A program made the position numbers and the translations under genes. Shown here one piece after another: positions 37,583-47,100 of a stretch of 64,000 bases of DNA (its first letter is position 1; every line of letters begins with the position of its first letter). The DNA lies in assembly GCA_024232675.1 (NCBI GenBank), contig JAAEPL010000182.1:19214-83213 (forward strand), written 5' to 3'. Source of the DNA: Planctomycetaceae bacterium (GTDB lineage Bacteria > Planctomycetota > Planctomycetia > Pirellulales > Pirellulaceae). Under the pieces are notes generated by a model. It was not told the DNA's origin, did no database searches, and saw only the letters and a list, made by a program, of their open reading frames with translations.

Positions 37583-38995
37583 ATGGGTATCTGCCATATG
37601 CATTCGCAGAGCATCCGTCAGCGAAGACGGCGCGTAACTTTAGACACCGCTCAATCCGAAGAGTCGGCCACGCCGCCCTGCGCTCAGTCACCCAGTCAAT
37701 CTGAACCGCGCCGGCCTGCGGCACGCCCCTACACGCAGGGAGCAAGGCGTAGCCGTCAATTTAAGACAACGGATCTTATTCCGAAACGTTTTTGGTCGAT
37801 GGCGGCGGCCATTGCATTTCTGTTGTCTGCGATCGCTGGCCTTAATCTGCTGCATTTGAACTCGCCAGATTGGATCGAAGTGATTGGAGAAGAGGGTGTA
37901 GCCGCACTTTCGTTGGATACAGGGCGCGGGTTAGGCGTTTGGTACTCCAATTTTCTTTTGCTGTTGAGTTCCTGTGTTAGTTTGCAGATTTTTCTTCTCA
38001 GGCAACACCGGCGAGACGATTATCGCGGCTCTTACCGAATTTGGATGTGGCTGGCGATGCTTTTTTTATTGGCCAGTGCAGCCAGTGTCACGGGAATCGC
38101 CTCGTTATTTCGTAATGTTGTTGTCAATACGCTAGGAAGCGGGGCTGAAGGTAGTTCTATCCTGATGTGGGTCTTCCTCATAAAGCTAGGCGGCTTGGCA
38201 TTGCTGTTGATACGGGGGCTGATCGAAGTTCGTCATTCCAAGCTGGCGGTCGTGGGGTTGTTTTCTGTTTTGTTTACCTACGGCATCGCCCACTTAATTA
38301 ATGAAGTTCCGGAAGTTCAGGCGAAGAGTTCGGAGTATTTACATGCTTCGCTTGGTAACAGTCTTCTGTTTGGCAGTACCGCACTGTTTGTTTCAGTTCT
38401 GGGGTACGCTCGATTTGTTTATCTAAACGCAAATGGTTTGGTCAAAACGAAAGCCACTTCACAACGCCAAGAATCTCAGGTCAGTGAACGTTCGCAACGA
38501 AAGCAATTGGCGCGTGAAGAGAGGTTAGCCGCTAAACAGGCCAAGCAAGAGGCGAAGGCGTTGCAGAAACAGGAAAAAGCGGACGAACGTGAGGCAATGG
38601 CAGCCGAGAAAGCGGAGGCCCGCAGCCGTCGGCGCGAAGAAACCGCGTCGCAGGAGGAGAGTGAACGCCAAGTAACCAAGGTCAAAAAGGATACTAACGC
38701 GGCCAAAAAAACCGCTACCACCGCGGCTAAGAAGAAGCGGAAGAGCACGCAAACTCAGACCCCACCGGAAACAACCCAGCGCAAAAAAACCGCACCATCC
38801 GAAGCGCGGCAAGCACCACTAAGTAAGAAAATGCCAACAAAAGCTAAAGCCACGCAAAAGCCGAAAACTTCCGCTCAACCTGTGGGAGACGATTATCTGA
38901 TGACGGTGGAAGAGGGCGAGGTCGACGGTCTATCCAAAGCTGACCGCCGACGATTAAAGAAGTTGAAGCGTCGGGCTGAAAAACGAGCCGCCTAA
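37583..38995 (+). CDS. polytopic membrane protein with long Lys/Ala/Glu-rich basic C-terminal tail
   Basis: An Arg-rich N-terminus and about 6 hydrophobic helices are followed by about 180 aa of K/A/E/T/Q-rich sequence (AKKTATTAAKKKRKST...RRRLKKLKRRAEKRAA). Confidence 0.6.
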   Translation: MGICHMHSQSIRQRRRRVTLDTAQSEESATPPCAQSPSQSEPRRPAARPYTQGARRSRQFKTTDLIPKRFWSMAAAIAFLLSAIAGLNLLHLNSPDWIEVIGEEGVAALSLDTGRGLGVWYSNFLLLLSSCVSLQIFLLRQHRRDDYRGSYRIWMWLAMLFLLASAASVTGIASLFRNVVVNTLGSGAEGSSILMWVFLIKLGGLALLLIRGLIEVRHSKLAVVGLFSVLFTYGIAHLINEVPEVQAKSSEYLHASLGNSLLFGSTALFVSVLGYARFVYLNANGLVKTKATSQRQESQVSERSQRKQLAREERLAAKQAKQEAKALQKQEKADEREAMAAEKAEARSRRREETASQEESERQVTKVKKDTNAAKKTATTAAKKKRKSTQTQTPPETTQRKKTAPSEARQAPLSKKMPTKAKATQKPKTSAQPVGDDYLMTVEEGEVDGLSKADRRRLKKLKRRAEKRAA

Positions 38996-39066
38996 ACAGG
39001 TTGGCTAACCGCGGCCGCTTTCTGATGAAACGCACTTCCGCGGCATCGCCCGCGATGGAAGGCTTG

Positions 39067-40815
39067 TTACGGCAATATTTGATCGAGCCAATTGCTCATA
39101 GCTTGCAGGGCGTTCGGCGAAAATGTTTGCTCAAGCAAGCCATACTCGTTACCGAGGCCGGGCCCCTCAGTCTCTTGGAATAAGTGGTTCAGGTTAGCTA
39201 ACCTAACGATTTTGAATTTGTTATTCCCAGCCTCTTCCAAGGCACTTTTTATCGCTGGAAGGTTAAGGTCAGCTAACACTTGAAGGTCTTTTTCACCATT
39301 CAAAACTAATACCGGGCAACGAACTTGTTTCCAGTTAACTGCGGGATCATGCTTGATAAAATATCTTGCCCAAGGTGAAGCCATCATTTGAGACAGAAGT
39401 TTTGCTTGAGTGTTGAAGCCCGCGGCTGATTTTTCAGATAAATCTTTACTAATTTCATCCGTCAATTCTTTCAACACTTCTTGAGTGACGGTTTCATCCG
39501 CGTTTACCTTGGCTACTAATCTTTCGGTAAGTTCTTCGATAGCGTCGACTAAGTCAGGATCAAATCCGGAGGCCTCCTGAGCAGCTCGAAGCTGTGACGT
39601 AAGAATTTTTCCTCCATCTACTCCGGGGCCTGCCAGTGAGATTATGAAATTCACATCATCGCCCTGTGTGGCCACCATGGGAGCGATCAAACCACCCTCG
39701 CTATGACCTATCAGTCCAATTTTCGTGGAATCAATATTGTCCTGAGTCTTGAGGAAATCGATGCCTGCTTGTACATCATTGGCGAAGTCTTGCGAGGTCG
39801 AATTGGCAAGTAATTCTACTCCCGTCGATTCCCCCACACCGCGATCATCAAATCGCAGCACGGCCACGCCGTGGCGCGTCAGGTAATCCGCAATCACCCA
39901 AAAGGGTTTGTGCTCGAAAAGAGTTTCGTCGCGATCCTGCGAGCCTGATCCCGATATTAAGATCGCGACCGGGAATGGCCCTTCGCCGTTTGGCGTCGTC
40001 AAAGTGCCGCCTAAAGTGACTTTATCCGTCGCATTTTCGTAGGTCACTTTTTTGACCTTGTACGGGAAGGGACCTTTTGGATTTTGGGGACGATTCGCGA
40101 CAGGTTCGAATCCCTCTGACATTCGTTCCAGTTCCAAAGGGAATTTTGTTCCTACCTGCTCCCAGGTGCCAGAGAGCGTTTTTCCGTCAGCCGATAGTTC
40201 TGCCTTGTAGGTCAGTTTCATTGCTGCCTGGGAAAATAGGTACTGCCGACCGTCCTGTTTGAAGTCCACCGGAATGCCCTTCACACCTTGCGAGTAGCTA
40301 TCAAGTTTGGCAAACAAATCTCCCTCATCAGTTTGGAAAATTTTCAGGCCGAGTTTAAATTTGGTTTCACCCGCCTTGAGTGTGCCTTGCCAAGCTTCCT
40401 TCAATTTGGGGAGGTTTAACGAATCGACTTTCCGTAACACGAAATCAATTTCGTGGCCGTTTTGTGACCATATTCCCGTGGCGAGTAGCCCGTCAGAGCT
40501 GAGTTCCCCGGCGAATTTTGCCCCAACCGTGGGTGCCATGAATTCCATTTGTCCGTCGGTCGTTTGCATTTTCGAAATGGGGATTTCAATATGCCCTTCG
40601 TCGGGGCTATGCAATACACCCTTCCAAGCATCCTGATCTTTGTGGAACTCAAATTTCATAAGTAATTTTTGCCCCCCAGCATCAAGAGTGCCTTCCCAGA
40701 GCGACTGCTCTACTTCCTTTTCTTGGCCGTGGAGAGGAGGCGAAAACGCGAATAGCGTCAAATAGCACAAACTCCCGAAGAGCATGGCGAACCGTGGTAT
40801 GCAGCATTGATTCAT
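39067..40815 (-). CDS. secreted alpha/beta hydrolase with duplicated N-terminal beta-module
   Basis: The nucleophile elbow is GHSEGG. The N-terminus contains two similar modules (LWEGTLDAGGQKLLMKFEF... and AWQGTLKAGETKFKLGLKIF...). I prefer ATG 40815 (MNQCCIPRFAMLFG). Confidence 0.78.
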   Translation of the reverse strand: MNQCCIPRFAMLFGSLCYLTLFAFSPPLHGQEKEVEQSLWEGTLDAGGQKLLMKFEFHKDQDAWKGVLHSPDEGHIEIPISKMQTTDGQMEFMAPTVGAKFAGELSSDGLLATGIWSQNGHEIDFVLRKVDSLNLPKLKEAWQGTLKAGETKFKLGLKIFQTDEGDLFAKLDSYSQGVKGIPVDFKQDGRQYLFSQAAMKLTYKAELSADGKTLSGTWEQVGTKFPLELERMSEGFEPVANRPQNPKGPFPYKVKKVTYENATDKVTLGGTLTTPNGEGPFPVAILISGSGSQDRDETLFEHKPFWVIADYLTRHGVAVLRFDDRGVGESTGVELLANSTSQDFANDVQAGIDFLKTQDNIDSTKIGLIGHSEGGLIAPMVATQGDDVNFIISLAGPGVDGGKILTSQLRAAQEASGFDPDLVDAIEELTERLVAKVNADETVTQEVLKELTDEISKDLSEKSAAGFNTQAKLLSQMMASPWARYFIKHDPAVNWKQVRCPVLVLNGEKDLQVLADLNLPAIKSALEEAGNNKFKIVRLANLNHLFQETEGPGLGNEYGLLEQTFSPNALQAMSNWLDQILP

Positions 40816-40997
40816 TCGATTGTCCTCGAGGATGATGGGGGATGGGTGCAAACGGCGATTCGCAAATCAGTTGCAGAGATTTTATGCGTCTGGCGTGCGA
40901 GGTAATAGTATTACGCATCATCAAGCAAGAAATTCCCGCAAAAAAATGTTTCTCGTGTTTTTGCGGCGTCTCGGCCAGCGCTTACGAAGGCTCCTCT

Positions 40998-41030
40998 GCA
41001 ATCGGGCCGCTGCACGCAATCGGGCCGCTG
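40998..41030. repeat. 15-nt perfect direct repeat x2 (period 18)
   Basis: GCAATCGGGCCGCTG occupies 40998..41012 and again 41016..41030, separated by CAC. The repeat is intergenic, between the 920-aa gene stop and the hydrolase gene start. Confidence 0.9.
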
Positions 41031-41057
41031 GTTCGCGATCTCTTGTGCCCTTCTCTT

Positions 41058-43820
41058 TTACTTTTTGGGGTCGGTTTTTTTTGACTTGCTATCCTCTTTG
41101 TTCTCTTCGACCTTTGAAAAGCCCTTAAACAAATCAATAGAAGGGAGGTTCCCCAATATACCGCCTGCTCCGGTGCCGATGCTGGCTGGGTCTCGGGCGA
41201 TGTCGATATGACCATGAACGATGAATTGTGAGTCGAGCTGAAACACATCCAGAGCAACGCCTCGAAACCATTTGATGGGAGGCGCAGTGTAGCCCTCGGG
41301 CATCTGGGGGTCTGCGAACGAAGGCCATTTTGTAGATTGCCATTCGGCTCGTGAATTATCCATTGCGATCAGCTTATACTCGCCCTGCAGAGGACAAGCC
41401 AATTTGACTCCCAGCAAGTTTTCGGCATCTTCCAAGACGGCATCCGGTGGTAGATTGAACTGTTGAATGAGCATGTTCAATAGCTGCACGTTCGCAATGG
41501 AGGTTTCCCAACTGCGATTAAAATAAAACACGTTAGCCCATTCCACTAAATTCGACTTAGAGACGTCTCCTACGCGAAGCCGGACTTGGGCGGTCTGTTT
41601 CGCGGGAACAGCTTTAATGTATTGCTTGGCTTGCTGTAGTCTTTGCCGATCGAATGCCGCCAGTGAGAATTCATCTTCCTGTAACCGCCAGATTCCGAGA
41701 ATTCGAGAGTAAGTGAATCCTTCGGAGTCGGGTTGTGAGTTGAGGGCAGGTAGAAGTTCCAGATACCCCGCACTAGGCCATGCGCCCACGTATCCGGGGG
41801 TCGTTTTGAGAAGCTTCATGACCTCGAAAAAATTCGAGGGATTGGAATTAGTTTTTGGCGGTAGGTCACCTTGGACGGCACCGAAAATGAGGTGATCCTC
41901 ACCGGATTTTGCCAACAGGTTTGCACCCACGCTCAATTCAAGCGAAGCCAATGTGTTGGGTCCTGTATCAATTTTCCAATCTAGCGTTGAGCCCAACGCG
42001 CTGCCCAGCCAGCCATACTTTTCCGCACCAAATGGTGCGATGCGACCATCGATAACAATGCGTTCGGTTTCTTTATCTCGCTCGAATCTCTGCAGCGCGA
42101 CGACAATGGGATCGAGTTCTTTCAATTCGGTTTCGTAAAATTGAATGCGTCCCTGTAACCAAGACGCCTCCATGGACGAAATTTCCTCGATCGGCATATC
42201 AGCGATTGGTTTGAAGAACCCACGCTGTCCACGTAGCGAGTCTTGCCATTGTCCGTCGACGAAATAAGTAGAACTGCCGTCAGGAAGCCGATTGAAATTT
42301 TCCGGCAGAAACCCATTCGCTATCAATGCGGCAATATCATCACTCGCGAATCCTTCATTTTCCGCAGCCCACTGAGCCATTTGAATCATTTGCATGTTGG
42401 CGATGGCTTGATTTCGCCGCATCAACTCAATTTGATAGGTGGGGCTGAGCAGGTTTTCAAAAAAGGGGCGGGAAAGGTAAACGAAAACGGTATCGTCGCG
42501 ATCCAGCGGCATTCTCTCACGTGCCATTCGGAATTCAGGATTGTTTGCCAAGCTTCCCTCACCTTCCGAGGCTTCGAGGAATCGCTTTACGATTGTCATC
42601 GAGGTGCTGGTGATGTGGCAGAGGTCCTTGACGGCAAAAAATGAGCGGATGCGATTGTCCTGAGTGGAGAGCAGCGTGACAACCGTTCCGTCAATTTCCA
42701 ATTCAGTTAACGTGACACCTTCGTCGGCATGATCTTTGGCATATTTTTTTCGACGGGTGCGAATGCGTGTTTCCAACGATTTGTTTTTTGCAAGCATCAA
42801 GATGGCATTGGACGGGCCATCGTTCAAATAAAGGTCCGTACCGATCGCCGCGACATCTGCAATTAAATTGCCACCGAACAAATCATCTACTTGGTTCGAT
42901 TCCAAAACTAATTGATCAAGGAGTTTGGTTGAATCACCGCCGACGTGACCACGCAAAGAGATCATCCGGGTAAGATCACCGCCGTACTCTTCCATCAATC
43001 GCTTAACCCAAAGCTGGTTATCCCAACTTCCAAAACGCAAGTAGAAACACTCTTCGGGCACGAAACGAACGATGGGTTCGGTGGGCACGTCCTTCCCCGG
43101 TGTGGCGGTGGTGGACGGGGTCCATCGAGGGGGAGCGGGCACCGGCAGTGTGGCCGTTTCTGAATCTGCCGGCATCGTCAACATATTCCGGATTGTTTCT
43201 GACCGAAGCGATTCCACCTCAAAAATCAGGCTCATGGTTTTTTGCAATTCATCTTCGCGATTTCTTTTGAATTGCTCAGCAGGTGGGGGAGTCAACCGCA
43301 GACGGTTCTCTAGCATGGCTGAAAGATAGGATTCGACGAGCGGTGGGTAATCGCCGTTTTCAAAAATGCGTCGCGACTGGGCATTGAACTGCCGCCACCA
43401 AGCGTTGAATAGCACGCGTGCTAAGGCCGGACGATAAGGACTCATTTCTCCAACGAAATTTACCGGTTCAGCGCCGTAAAGGGTCAGGTCCAACGGAGTG
43501 TCGCCGCGGAAAAGAAACCAGACCGACCGAGAACCACCCACATTGGGGCGTTTGAACAGGACGGTCAGCAAGCCCTCAGAAAATGCGGGGTAAAAAATAC
43601 GTCCGTCACTTTCTCGTATGCGGACTGCTCCCGTATTCTGCATCATCTTTCCAGATTGCCCCATGCGAAACGTCACTTTGGCGACACCAAAAGGTTCGGC
43701 CGGGTAGGCTTCTACTCGCGTGATTATCGGTTTTTGGGCCGCCGCGATGACTGGTACGCTTGCAAGGATTAACAAGGCAAGCAGGATGCTTTTCGGGAAA
43801 ACTGGTGAGAGCAAATTCAT
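41058..43820 (-). CDS. large secreted hypothetical protein (920 aa)
   Basis: The signal peptide is MNLLSPVFPKSILLALLILASVPVIAAAQ. The ORF is long and uninterrupted, with a Lys-rich C-terminal tip. I recognised no motif. Confidence 0.7.
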   Translation of the reverse strand: MNLLSPVFPKSILLALLILASVPVIAAAQKPIITRVEAYPAEPFGVAKVTFRMGQSGKMMQNTGAVRIRESDGRIFYPAFSEGLLTVLFKRPNVGGSRSVWFLFRGDTPLDLTLYGAEPVNFVGEMSPYRPALARVLFNAWWRQFNAQSRRIFENGDYPPLVESYLSAMLENRLRLTPPPAEQFKRNREDELQKTMSLIFEVESLRSETIRNMLTMPADSETATLPVPAPPRWTPSTTATPGKDVPTEPIVRFVPEECFYLRFGSWDNQLWVKRLMEEYGGDLTRMISLRGHVGGDSTKLLDQLVLESNQVDDLFGGNLIADVAAIGTDLYLNDGPSNAILMLAKNKSLETRIRTRRKKYAKDHADEGVTLTELEIDGTVVTLLSTQDNRIRSFFAVKDLCHITSTSMTIVKRFLEASEGEGSLANNPEFRMARERMPLDRDDTVFVYLSRPFFENLLSPTYQIELMRRNQAIANMQMIQMAQWAAENEGFASDDIAALIANGFLPENFNRLPDGSSTYFVDGQWQDSLRGQRGFFKPIADMPIEEISSMEASWLQGRIQFYETELKELDPIVVALQRFERDKETERIVIDGRIAPFGAEKYGWLGSALGSTLDWKIDTGPNTLASLELSVGANLLAKSGEDHLIFGAVQGDLPPKTNSNPSNFFEVMKLLKTTPGYVGAWPSAGYLELLPALNSQPDSEGFTYSRILGIWRLQEDEFSLAAFDRQRLQQAKQYIKAVPAKQTAQVRLRVGDVSKSNLVEWANVFYFNRSWETSIANVQLLNMLIQQFNLPPDAVLEDAENLLGVKLACPLQGEYKLIAMDNSRAEWQSTKWPSFADPQMPEGYTAPPIKWFRGVALDVFQLDSQFIVHGHIDIARDPASIGTGAGGILGNLPSIDLFKGFSKVEENKEDSKSKKTDPKK

Positions 43821-44187
43821 GGGGAGCGGCGATAAAAAAGTTCAAGTGAATTTAGCAATCGATTCTCGCAATACCGCACGTAAAGTCAAACGGGGGCGAG
43901 GGAGACGGAATATCATGCTTGAAAAGGATTGCTGGCATACGCAATCCACGCCGCTGGGCGGCAACCAGCGTGAGGAAACGTTTCTCGAGGTGCCCTTCGA
44001 GGTGATGGCTGAGGCAAAGAGGCAAGCGATCAGGCGCTGGTCTTTGAGGGGTTTCCCCGCAGTTAATTCACTGAATTTTGACAGCGTTCAGGTGTCCTGC
44101 AGCAGTACCTAGGAATTCCGTGAGTCGGTTCGAGCGAAGCTTGGTTTTAGAGCTGCGTTGCGAGGCGGCTTATTTCTCTGAAATATG

Positions 44188-47100
44188 CTATTTGCCAGAT
44201 TGTTTCAGCAGGACGGGTGCCGCCGTGGAGGTGGGAGGCGGAAACTCCTGAGTGGTGCCGTTGGGCCAACGGACGAGTATCTTTTCTACCGTTTGGTCTC
44301 CCAGTCCGGCATGCAGTCGGGCTGTTGATTGGGAAAGGTAGCCGCCCCCTGCGTGACTTTCCAGGACTTGTACTTGACCATCCTGTGTCCAAACTTCAAC
44401 CCATGCACCTATAGCTTGGGGATTACCTTTATTGCCTTCCAGTTCCAGAACCAAATGTGGGAAGGCTGTCGAGCGATTTAGCAAAAATGCTGGTGTTTGA
44501 TCGTTGATGGCCACGGCTAAATCCGGTTTGAGATCATCATTGAAATCTCCGATCACCACGCCTTTGGCATCATTGGGAATTGCAATGCCACTTTGGTGTG
44601 GCCACTGGGGTGTGAATTCACCGGATTCGTCTCCGAGCAGAAGGGTACCTAAACCACCGGCCATCCGTCCGGTTTCCCGTTGTGGCGTAAAGAAGTTCTG
44701 GGCCAAAAATACGTCACGCCAACCATCCGCATTGGCGTCCAATGAAACGACACCAAACGAGGGTGCGACTTGCGCCATCCAAGGGAGGGGTTCGAAAGAA
44801 AATTGCCCTGTGCCGTCATTCCAAAGAATGCAACTGTTCAATTCATTGACTTCAAATTTCTCTGCAGAATCAATTTCATCAGGCGTGTAGATATCAGTGA
44901 GTTCCGCTAATGCAAATTCGTGATAAGTCGGGAATTTATTGGATAAATGGGGCATGGCATGTTGAGAGCAACTTTTACCCCGAACAGGTAGTTCGCAATC
45001 AGCGGTCGTTTTCGTCTCGATAATGGAGGGTGTTTCATTTTCACCAAATCGGCCGAAGTAAATGCGCGACGGTTTCTTGATGGACGCGTGATATTTGGTG
45101 TTTTGTCCCAGATTCGAGGCGATGTAGTCCATGTCGCCGTCGCGATCAAAATCACCTGCGGTAATACCATTCCACCATCCCAACCGTCCGGCGGTTCCAC
45201 ATGCTTCTGACGATTCCACCAGTTTCCCTTGCTGGTTAAGGTAAATTCGTACGGGCCCCCATTCGACACAGACCATGAGATCCAACCATCCATCAGCGTT
45301 AACGTCCGACCACAGCGCACTGGTCACCATGCCTGGTTGCTGTAAACCTGTCGAGTCGTCAGAGGTAGCGTTGACGAATTTGGGGCGATCCTGTTCGCTG
45401 GACTCGTTGCGTAGCAACATGCTGGGCGGAGTTGTGGGGTATGCACCCTCTACTAATCGCCCGCCGAGAAACAGGTCCAAGTCACCATCTCGATCGTAAT
45501 CGGCTGCCGCCACGGCGCTACCAGAGAAGCGGGTGTCGGGTAATGCTCCGACATCGGCTGCTGTAAATTTTAATGCTCCCTGATTGATTAACAGTTGGTC
45601 ACGCAGTAGTTCTTTGTTGCCGCCATTTTCTACCCCACCCGAAACGACATAAACATCGAGGTCACCATCGCCGTCTGCGTCGAAAAATAGAGGAGCCATT
45701 TCTTCAATGGCCTTGTTCGTCTCAAGTGGTTTACCAAAAAAGAAAAGTTGTTCATCCGAATTCGGTTGGGCAGGCAATAAGTGAAGGCTCTTTGGCTGGC
45801 CCGCCGGCGCTGCTAGGTACAATTCGTCGCGACCGTTTTGATCGAGGTCGCCCAATGCTATCCCGGGGCCTAATTGCGATAGCTTGTTTGGTAGGAGCGG
45901 TTGCAAAATGAAGTCGTCGAAATTGTTTTCGTCGCGTTTCGCAATGCCCATACTGTCTAATTGTTCAAACAACGGCGTCGCCGTCGGAGCCTTGGCGGTT
46001 TTTGACGGCGGAGAGGTCTCCGTTAGCGTGACGACTTGATTGGAGGGAAGGTTCTGATAGGTCTGGATCGCCCCGGACGGCCATTCGACTGTCAAGCGTT
46101 GCAGGGTCGGGTGGTTGCCCATGCCAAAATGAAGCGCCGGTTCATGGCTGGATAGATAACCGCGTTGTGGCGAAAACTCGGCAACCTGTTGACCTAGCGG
46201 TGATTCCACGCGGACTTTTGCACCAATGCCGCTACGATTGGAACGGGTGCCCTGCAGACGGACCGTGAGGTTGTTAGTTTTTCCAATATCATTGCGGAAA
46301 ATACTGACAGGTTCATCAATGTTCATTACCACGAGATCGACGTCTCCGTCACCGTCCAAGTCCCCGGCAGCCGCAGCGTAACTGATTCCCAAATGATCCA
46401 GTCCCCATTTTTCTCCGATGGGTTCGAAATGCGTACCGTCAAGGTTATGAAAGGTCTTATTGACCTGCGGCATCGGCTTTTCGCCCTTGTGGATATCCCA
46501 GTAGGTTTTTTTAGTTTGTGTTTCGGTTTTGTCGGTGCCGACATCGGGGTTGTTGAAATTTCGCACGTGTCCATTCGTTACGAATAGATCGACGTGACCA
46601 TCGGCATCAAAGTCTCGCATCACGGGCGCCCAAGACCAGTTCGTGCTGGAGATGCCGGATAATTGACCGGTCTCAAGGAACCGTGGTTTGGGTTTGTGCG
46701 TGGGAGCGGAATCTGTCTTGCCGGCGTTAAGGTGCAAGAAATTTCGCATGTATTGGCGGGGTTCGGCGGTGTCCAGAAAATATGCATGGGTCGACATGGA
46801 ACCCATCATGACTTTGGAAAGGTAGTGATTGGTTGCCGACATATCTACTGTCAAAAGATCCGTGCGACCATCGTTATTGACATCCGCGATATCGGATCCC
46901 ATGGAAAACCAACTGGTATGTTTGAAAGTGTCTCGGATCACGTCCTTGAACCGACCATTGCCCAAATTCTCGTACAAACGATCGGGATCTTGGAAATCGT
47001 TACATACATAGATGTCGAGATCATTGTCTTGATCGTAATCCCACAGCACGGCCGATAAACCGTGCCCATCCCCGGTAATGTTGGCCTGCTGGGTAATGTC

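Noticed and set aside
38996-39066. A GC-rich palindromic stretch (CCGCGGCCGC...CCGCGG) between convergent genes, considered as a terminator.
   Set aside because: Only 5-6-bp self-complementary restriction-site-like palindromes are present. There is no stable stem-loop with a U-tract on either strand.
40100-40125. GGTTCGAATCC, a tRNA T-loop-like motif.
   Set aside because: The flanking bases cannot form a 5-bp T-stem, since only two pairs form. No acceptor or anticodon arms are evident, and the motif lies inside the alpha/beta hydrolase CDS.
43720-44112. A 130-aa plus-strand ORF between the 920-aa gene and the CRTAC1-like gene.
   Set aside because: It starts antisense within the signal-peptide region of the 920-aa gene. 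It has no recognisable motif and a basic, low-complexity composition.
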